Shown: piece after piece, positions 55,379 to 64,000 of the stretch
How the letters are laid out: every line of letters starts with the position of its first letter
How positions within the stretch are numbered: the first letter of the stretch is position 1
Origin: Octopus vulgaris
Lineage: Eukaryota
DNA length: 64,000 nt
Assembly: GCA_951406725.2 (NCBI GenBank)
Contig: OX597825.1
Coordinates: 372,001 to 436,000, forward strand
Direction of reading: 5' to 3'
The notes under the pieces: generated by a model
The model's input: only the letters and a program-made list of their open reading frames with translations
Told to the model about the DNA's origin: nothing
Database searches by the model: none
Made by a program: the position numbers and the translations under genes

Positions 55379-55625
55379 ATTCTGTTGTGTCTGGGGAGAG
55401 TCATTCTCTTTTTGTGCCTTATAATGTAACACACTCACCAGTAACATTTCCACTTATTTCTTATTTTTATTTTCCTAAAATTTTCATTGCGTCTTGCAAC
55501 CTTTTCAATAGTCTTGACATTATAAGGCACAAAAAGAAAATGACTCTCCCCAGACACAACAGAATATACTTCAACACACGAACTCATATAAAGAATCTTG
55601 CAAACCAAATCCAAAAACAAAACAA
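55379..55625. repeat. Repeat with inverted arms of about 50 bp (55379-55428 and 55518-55567), same family as 9595-10078
   Basis: tattctgttgtgtctggggagagtcatt..gccttataatgt pairs with acattataaggc..aatgactctccccagacacaacagaata. Confidence 0.85.
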
Positions 55626-56511
55626 GTATTCTGTTGTCAAGTATTGTGTAGCTCAGACCAGGTTGACCAATAAGTCCTCTTTTCCTTGAAAAAGGACACA
55701 TTAGGTAATTTAATCATCATCATCGCTTAATAAACATCCATGTTCCATGCTGGCTGAGGATGAATGGCTTTGACAAGGATCTGATGAGTCAAAGGATTGC
55801 ATTGTGCTCCAGTGGTTCCTTTGGCATGGTTTCTTCAGCTGGGTGCTCTTCCTAATGCCAACCACTTTAATGGGTGCTTTTACATGCCACTGGCACGACT
55901 GAGGCTGCCACATGGCTTGCAAGTCAACAAACCCAGGGAGGGAGGATGCTACATCTGTGTATTAGGAGGGGATTTTGGTATGAGAAAAGAGTTTGGGGAA
56001 CAGCAGGTTCTTGTTGTAGAGGAGCAACAGGGTTAAGGAGAGAGAGAGGGAGAATGAAGTAGGGGTTATATAATGTTGCATGTAATGCCTAGGAGGTTGT
56101 GGTTAAGTGATATAGGTTGGCTTGGTTGGGGCCCAACACGAGACTAAACAATGTTTGGGGATCAGAGACAGACCAAGAAATGAAAATTTCAAAATCCTTT
56201 CTACTATAGGCACAAGGCCTGAAATTTGGGGGAGGGGAATAGTCAATTAAATTAACCCCAGTGCGTAACTGGTATTTATCTAATCGACCCTGCAAGGATG
56301 AAAGGCAAAGTCGACCTCGGCAGAATTTGAACTCAGAACGTAACGGCAGACGAAATACCGCTAAGCATTTCGCCTGGTGAGCTAACATTTCTGCCAGTTC
56401 GCCACCTGTTAAGCATTTCATCAAACATGCTAACGATTCTGCCAGCTTTCCAAAAAATTACAACCTAAAAAAAAAACAACAGAAATATGCTTTTAAAGTG
56501 GTGACACTCAC

Positions 56512-56639
56512 AAACTTCATCTCAGGATCCAAAATAATGGCACCGTAAGTGGGAACGCTCATCTTATACTGCTTCCAGTCTTCAAACCGTTTGTCCACTT
56601 CTTCGGCATACTGATTGAGAAATGGGCAGTGGCGAAATA
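56512..56639 (-). CDS. DCP2: DCP2 exon 3 (IFRHCPFLNQYAEEVDKRFEDWKQYKMSVPTYGAIILDPEMKF)
   Basis: WKxYKMxVPTYGAIILD motif. 128 nt; joins exon 2 in phase 1; donor GTGAGT. Confidence 0.97.
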
Positions 56640-56789
56640 CTAAAATACTGGTCAAGGATTAAGTTGGTCAGTTCTTATGCAATAAAGTATGAATTACATA
56701 CAGCAGACACACATCAGTGATAAAGGAAGAAATAAATTGAAGTTTACTTGTTTCAGTCATAAGAATGTGGCCATGCTGGGGCACTGCAG

Positions 56790-57485
56790 TCTCTTTTACA
56801 ATCTCTTGAACAAGCCTCAAATTGTGTAGGTCTTTACCTCAATGAGTCCAAGACTGAATATGTAAACAAGTGCCTGTCCAACAGTGATTTCATCATCCAT
56901 ACTCTCAACAATACGCTCTTAAATATGGTTTCTGATTACAAATATCTTGGGTCATACATATCATTATCTGAAAAAGATTTTCTAACTAGAAAGGGTATGG
57001 CCAGGTCAGCCTGTAATGATATGCATAAGATCTGGTCATCAAATCTAAGTAGAGATTTAAAACTTAAAATCTTCAAAGCCACAGTCGAACCAATTCTACT
57101 ATATGGCTCAGAAACCTGGACGTTATCAAAGAAGCTTGAGAGGTGGTTGGATGGAACTTACACTCATCTCCTTATAACAGCTCAAAATCTCTCATGGAAG
57201 CATCATCCAACCAAAGTACAAATATATGGGAAATTACCACCTGTATCATCTCTTGTGAAAGGTAGAAGAGTCCAGTTTGCTAGACATTATTGTAGAGCTG
57301 AAAACGAGGTAATTTCTACTCTTCTCCTCTGGAAGCCATCTGCTTGCGATAGCAGAGGGCGCACACTCTCCTACCCTGATGTAATCTCCAGGGATACAGG
57401 CATCCAGCAATAGGACCTCCGTAATGCTATGATAGACTGTGAAGTCTGGCGTAGCATAGTAAATTCCATTGTTTCAGATGATGAT
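56790..57485 (+). mobile_element. RTE-like LINE 3' fragment
   Basis: LNESKTEY, DYKYLGSYI, EPILLYGSETWTL and a (gat)n tail. Confidence 0.88.
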
Positions 57486-58272
57486 ATGTATGACCCAAGG
57501 TATTGGGCACTAAATGTGGTAGGATAAGCTGTTGGCATGAGACAGTAGTTTAGCCATCATTCAGTAGAGTTTGAAAACATTAGCCACAGCAGTCATTACC
57601 TGGGTTTAGTCATTTTAAAAGATGCTGGGTGGCAACTGATGTTGTGTGACCAACATGGATGGGCTGTAGAGTATGGTGGAAGAGATTAGATACCCTGCCT
57701 TTGAGTGTGGGTCAACTAGGCCTAGGGTGGTATGCCTGGAGTGTCAGTGCCTATGTAAAAAAGGCTTCCACTAATGTATTCAAATTCCACTGAACAATAA
57801 CTGCACTACTGATTCACACTAACATCTTATTTCTTTATTGCCCACAAGGGGCTAAACATAGAGGGGACAAACAAGGACAGACAAACAGATTAAGTCGATT
57901 ATATTGACCCCAGTGCATAACTGGTACTTATTCAATCGCCCCCAAGAAGATGAAAGGCAAAGTCGACCTCGACGGAATTTGAACTCAGAACAGAGCGTCA
58001 GACGAAATATCGCTAAGCATTTCGCCCAGTGTGCTAACGTTTCTGCCAGCTTGCCGCCTTTTCACACTAACATCTTACTCCACCACGTGAGGTACTCAAT
58101 AGAAAGTATGCTTTGACAGCATTAATACGACACAACAGAAATTGACTAACAGAAGCTTAAAAACACCAAAAATTTCTTTCAAACCCTCTGCTCTGCCTCC
58201 AAACATCTAATAAGATGGACAACATACTCATGAATCTTTAGGTCCTGTGGAACTGAGTCAAACTGTTATTAA

Positions 58273-58335
<63 letters not shown>

Positions 58336-58338
<3 letters not shown>

Positions 58339-58572
58339 CAAAATTTAGAGGACTGACCACTAAAAGTGGACAGGCTATATGCTAGATATAGAAGTCAAAT
58401 CGCTATTTTCCACGAAGAATGTGTTCTCAAGAAAAAACCACTTTGGTTTTACACTTTGGTTTTTGCTGAGTTTTTTCTTGAGAACACATTCTTTGTGGAA
58501 AATAGCAATTTGACATCTATATCTAGCATATAGGCTGTCCACTTTTAGTGGTCAATCCTCTAAATTTTGTAT
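58336..58572. repeat. Fold-back hairpin element with arms of about 103 bp, related to 7006-7134
   Basis: Arms 58336-58438 and 58470-58572 are reverse complements with few mismatches. Confidence 0.9.
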
Positions 58573-58724
58573 GTAAAACAATTTTTAATCTTTGGATTTT
58601 TTTAGAATATGCTAGGCCACTGGTTTTAATTGATTAATATCAATTTCTACCCTTATTTAATTTTATATATATATATATATATAAACCACCAGCAGGAAAT
58701 TATTTCAGTCAATGAAAAGGATAC

Positions 58725-58876
58725 TTTGTGAGGAAAAGTCTTTGATTCCACATGTATGCAAATCTGGATTCTCTATACAATAGAAATCTAAATAGAACCA
58801 GTGAGCAAGTTCTATCTGGAAGAATATTCGGATGGGATTAAGTCGTTCTTCTTGAGGGATGTTGATGATGAAGCGA
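58725..58876 (-). CDS. DCP2: DCP2 exon 2 ([51 protein letters not shown]), Box A domain
   Basis: Polypyrimidine acceptor ttgcag. [13 protein letters not shown] is the Box A signature. 152 nt; donor is GTATCCTTT (U12 type). Confidence 0.97.
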
Positions 58877-59774
58877 CTGCAAATAAGAAAAACAAAGAAA
58901 AGTTATTGATGCATCACAAAGACATATGAAACAGTATTACTTTATTATATTCATACTAGCAGCTAAGCCCAGGTGAAACTGGTCTATTTGGATGATGTGA
59001 AGATGTGTTGTGATGATTGACGTATTTGTACATAGTCTGTTTTTCAGAACTATTGTCTTGGACCTCTGTGAAATCATGAAAACAGTCCACTTATGCATAC
59101 CTTTCCTTCTTGAGACACAAAACTCTGCTTGTGAAGACCTGTTGAGGCAAGTGAAATTGAAATTGTGGCCGTTGCCAGCCTTGCCTGGCACCTGTGCCAG
59201 TGGCACGTAATAAGCACCCACTACACGCACGGAGTGGTTGGCGTTGGGAAAGGCATCCAGCTGTAGAAACTCTGCTAGATCTAGATTGAAGCCCGGTACA
59301 ACCATCTGCTTCGCCAGCCCTCAGTCAAATCGTCCAGCCCATGCTAGCATGGAAAGTGGATGTTAAACGACGATGACCACATAACACACACATATTCCTT
59401 TATTTGTTTCAGTCATTTGACGGTGGCCATGCTGGAGTACCATCTTTAGTCAAGCAAATCGACCCCAGGACTTATTCTTTGTAAGCCTAATACTGATTCA
59501 ATCGGTCTGTTTTGCCGAACCACTAAGTTACGGGAACATAAACACACCAGCAACGGTTGTCAAACACAGACACACAAAATCACACACATATACATATACG
59601 ATGGGCTTCTTTCAGTTTCCATCTAGGTTTTTTTGTCAACCCAAGGCTTTAGTGGAAAACACTTGCCCAAGGTGCTTCGCAGTGGGACTGAACCTGGAAC
59701 CATGTGCTTGGTAACCAAGCTGCTCCTGTGTGTATGTATATATACATATATAAATATACACACACTACACACAC

Positions 59775-59822
<48 letters not shown>

Positions 59823-60278
59823 TTGAGGGAATATTATTCCAAACTTACAGGGAAAAATTTAATTTAGAAATACTAAATCAAATTTCACGTTGGTGGCATG
59901 TAAAAAGCATCAACCGATCGTGGCCATTGCCAGCCTCCCCTGGCACCTGTGCCGGTGGCACGTAAAAAGCACCATCTGTACGTGGCCGATGCCAGCGCCA
60001 CCTTGACTGGCTTCCGTGAAGGTGGCACGTAAAAAGCACCAACCGATCGTGGCCGCTGCCAGCCTTCCCTGGCACCTGTGCCCACTACACTCACGGAGTG
60101 GTTGGCATTAGGAAGGGCATCAAGCTGTAGAAACACTGGTAGATCGGGTTGGAGCCTGGTGCAGCCTCCCACCCATGCTAGCATGGAAAACGGACGTTAA
60201 ACGATGGTGATGATATATATATATAGAAATTAGAAAAACCACCTTTTATCAATTCAAAATGAACAATTAAATATATAT

Positions 60279-60625
<347 letters not shown>

Positions 60626-61149
60626 CACAGGAGTGGCTGTGTGGTAAGTAGCTTGCTTACCAACCACATGGTTCCGAGTTCATTTCCACTGCGTGGCACC
60701 TTGGGCAAGTGTCTTCTACTATAGCCTCGGGCCGACCAAAGCCTTGTGATTGGATTTGGTAGACGGAAACTGAAAGAAGCCTGTCGTATATGTGTGTCTG
60801 TGTTTGTTCCCCCAACATTGCTTGACAACTGATGCCGGTGTGTTTATGTCCCCGTAACTTAGCGGCTCGGCAAAAGTGACCGATAGAATAAGTACTAGGC
60901 TTACAAAGAATAAGTCCTGGGGTCGATTTGCTCGACTAAAGGCTGTGCTCCAGCAAGGCCGCAGTCAAATGACTGAAACTAGTAAAAGAGTATATATATA
61001 TATATACATTTGCTTCTAGCTTCCCAGCTAACAAAAAGATGAGGATATTAAACTGGTAAATAATATCAAGTAATAAAAACCCCACGAAAACTGTAGAAAA
61101 TTGTAGATTGAGAAATTGAGAGAGAAATTGAGAAAAGACGTCTTCAAAC

Positions 61150-61235
61150 CTGCATAAGTCATCTAAAACATAAGCCGGAATGATAAATGGCTGTGGAGTG
61201 GCGCTGAGAACTTTCACCGAAGTTTGTTGTTCCAT
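61150..61235 (-). CDS. DCP2: DCP2 coding exon 1 (MEQQTSVKVLSATPQPFIIPAYVLDDLC-S; start of Box A)
   Basis: ATG at 61235-61233. IPxxVLDDLCSRF is the Dcp2 N-terminal motif. Donor CAG|GTTTGA; 86 nt, phase 2. Confidence 0.93.
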
Positions 61236-61440
61236 TTTACACTGAGATGACGAGACAAAGAAATATAACAGGAAATTTCCGACATAAATATCTCATAAAT
61301 ATTTCGGAATAGAAACTTCCAGGATTTCCCGACTAAAGAGAGAGCAAACATATTCATGACGCGCCGCCTTCCACTGGTCGCTCCTGCACACAAACTTCAA
61401 CCGAACAATTAAATCACCTTCACATTTACGTGTTGTTCTT
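61236..61440 (-). promoter_or_regulatory. Probable DCP2 5'UTR and core promoter
   Basis: Non-repetitive segment just upstream of the ATG, with a local CpG-rich patch (about 61358-61385) and several GGAA motifs. TSS not determinable from sequence. Confidence 0.4.
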
Positions 61441-61790
61441 AAGTTTTTATTTTGTTTTATTATGTTTTTAATTATAAGTGTAACTATATGTTTATAAATG
61501 GTTTCTGATTTTTTTTTAATTATTTGATTAGGATAACTTAATCACATTCTTTAATGTGCTACTTATGCTATTGGTCTCTAACTGAACAGTTGCCAAGCGG
61601 TGTTAAGGGACAAACGTCCCCCCCCCCACACACACCGACAAGCTTCATCGTAGCAACTCGGGGAGAATGCTAGATGCATTTCTGTTTTGATGTGAGCGTC
61701 AATAGCATGTACTCAAAGCCAACTACAAATGAAATTTGTCACACACACACACACACACACATATATATTTATATATATATATATATATAT

Positions 61791-62056
61791 ATCACCGTGA
61801 CCGACCAGGCTATCAGATGTTGCTACACATCGCTGGTCACAATGCGCTTTGCATTGTTTTAGCCTCCAAATGACGCCACCTCACTGGCTAAGCGAGCAGG
61901 CCAACAGAATAAAGAGTGAGAGAAAGTTGTGGCGAAAGAGTACAGCAGGGATCGCCACCACCCCCTGCCGGAGGCTCGTGGAGCTTTGGGTCTTTCGCTC
62001 AATAAACACTCACAACGCCTGGTCTGGGAATCGAAACCACTGGGCCATTGCGCCTC
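61791..62056 (-). mobile_element. tRNA-derived SINE (family C)
   Basis: Minus-strand head ggaggcgcaatggcccagtgg and B-box ggtttcgattccc; flanked by microsatellites. Confidence 0.7.
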
Positions 62057-62199
62057 CACACACACACACACACACACATATGTATGTATATGTATATATG
62101 TATATATATATATATATTTATATACATATATAAACAGTGAATAAAGAATAATTGATGTTGCGAAAAAACTTGGCTAAATAAAATTCACTATAGAAGCAC

Positions 62200-62731
62200 T
62201 ATTAAATTAAAATAGCCATCTGTGTATCATCTTTAATGTAGATATATCATGAAAGGCAAATGTGGTATTTGTTCCGAGATATCTCTTACGGACATGCCGT
62301 TTCCATGAGGTTGCTTGTATTGGTAATAAAATTATTAACCATCTTACAAACAATAACTCTGAGCACCTTTTCAAACTCCATCTGTCTAACACCCGTGGAC
62401 ATGTTTACAAAGTCAGAAAACAGCACAGCTCCCATGACTTTCGGAAACATTTTTTCACGTTAAGAGTTGCTGAAGCGTGGAACAAACTGCCGGCATCAGT
62501 TGGTAGTTGTCGGAGCACTGCATCCTTCAAAACTTCCATGCTTCCTGAGATTCGCCAACACTACACCTGATTTTCTCCCCTCCATACACACACAAGCATG
62601 TATCTGACTCATACACTGTTCACTTTCCAGGCATTTGTACATTACTGCATATGCTTTATATGCACTTTTGAGAAGTTGTGGTGCACCTGAGCACTGTATA
62701 CAATAATTTCATTATTATTATTATTATTATT
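62200..62731 (+). mobile_element. CR1-type LINE 3' end with (ATT)n tail
   Basis: TRGHVYKV..RKHFFTLRVAEAWNKLP followed by aataatttc(att)n. Confidence 0.88.
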
Positions 62732-64000
62732 GAGGTAGTCAATGATATAATGTGAATGTCTTGTGTCACCATTGTCGCAGTGGGTTGCATCTTTACTCTT
62801 GCTGTGATGTGCTTGTTGGTGTTCTACTGTAGTGGTGTGAGATGTGTTAGCTGTGTGAATAATAACTGAAATTAAACTTTAACTTTAATATATATTACCA
62901 GAAATTATATTATGTGTTGGCTATTTACAATGAAAGATGTTAATGATACAATTGCTGACTGGGAGAGTCTGTACAAAAGTGCAAAGCCATCTGCTCAAAT
63001 GCCCAGGGTCATCTGTCTGGTGAGCTAGGCACCAAACAGCTTCTATGAAGTAATTGTAGTTTTGATACCTGTGCTGGTGGCACGTAAAAAGTACCATCCG
63101 AACGTGGCCGATGTCAGCGCCGCCTTGACTGGCTTCTGTGCCAGTGGAACATGACTTACTGTGCTTGAGGAGACCTATTGAGTCAAGTACATCAACATCA
63201 AAATAAATATCAAATGGAAATTGTAGTTGTGATACCTGTGCCGGTGGCACGTAAAAACATCCATCCGAACGTGGCCGATGCCAGCGTCACCTCGACTGGC
63301 TTCCGTGCCAGTGGCATGTAAAAAGCACTAACCAATCGTGGCTGTTGCCAGCTTCGCCTGGCACCTGTGCCGGTGGTACATAAAAAGCACCCACTACACT
63401 CATGGAGTGGTTGGCGTTAGGAAGGGCATCCGGCTGTAGAAACACTGCCAGATCAGTATGGGACCTGGTGCAGCCTTCTGGCTTCCCAGACCCCGGTCGA
63501 ACCGTCCAACCCATGCTAGCATGGAAAACAGACGTTAAACGATGATGATGATAGTTTAACTGTAACTACATTATCTTATGTGTTCTTCCTATTTTAAAAT
63601 AGTTGTCAGAAGGAGATTTGGCTACTATCTCTAGTTGATTGACTAACCGCATGTAGGCTTCCTTGTATCCTAAAGAAATTATATCTTAATTGGAAGAGCA
63701 TCAAACAACCTGACAGTCATAGGTATGAAGCAAGATAGTATTCAATGATGATGATGATGATGATCCTCAGAGCAATCTGGGCTGCATGTGAAGTGTCAGT
63801 GCTGTGCAAACGCTCTTGAAATAAAAACAGTGCAATATGGGAGGCTGTAGCAGTTCAACTTGCCAGGAAAGATCGTTGTGATGCTGAACGGAAACACAGA
63901 CAGCATAGAACAGAAGAAGATGCGACAGATCATGCATCCGTCTCAAGCAAGTGAGAAAAAAAGCCAAAGAAAGTCCTCACTCCCCAGTCAGCCCTCTTCA

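Larger units (their letters stand above)
56640..58724 (-). other. U12-type (minor spliceosome) GT-AG intron, DCP2 intron 2
   Basis: 5' splice site GTATCCTTT. Branch box TCCTTGAC at 56658-56651, about 12 nt from the AG. No polypyrimidine tract. Confidence 0.92.

Overview
AT-rich, repeat-dense animal DNA; the SINE, LINE and microsatellite make-up suggests an octopus or other cephalopod (inference). One complete gene can be built by hand: DCP2 (mRNA decapping enzyme) on the minus strand, with 9 coding exons over 39114-61235, 1218 nt and 405 aa. All splice phases are consistent and the Nudix box is intact. Intron 2 is U12 (minor-spliceosome) type, and a 19-nt microexon sets the reading frame of the last exon. 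A possible terminal exon of a CaMK4-like gene lies at 1102-1167 (+). The rest is decayed and often nested transposons: CR1, RTE, Tx1/L1, HERO/NeSL-like and Penelope retroelements; Tc3-like, Tigger and mariner DNA transposons; a Helitron with nested insertions; a Merlin-like MITE; and many SINEs. There is also a 2.7-kb (TA)n tract and a 100-N gap. The most striking non-coding structure is a perfect 144-bp-arm palindrome (8855-9152) carrying a Penelope-type minimal hammerhead ribozyme motif on both strands. All calls come from reading the sequence by eye; repeat boundaries are approximate.
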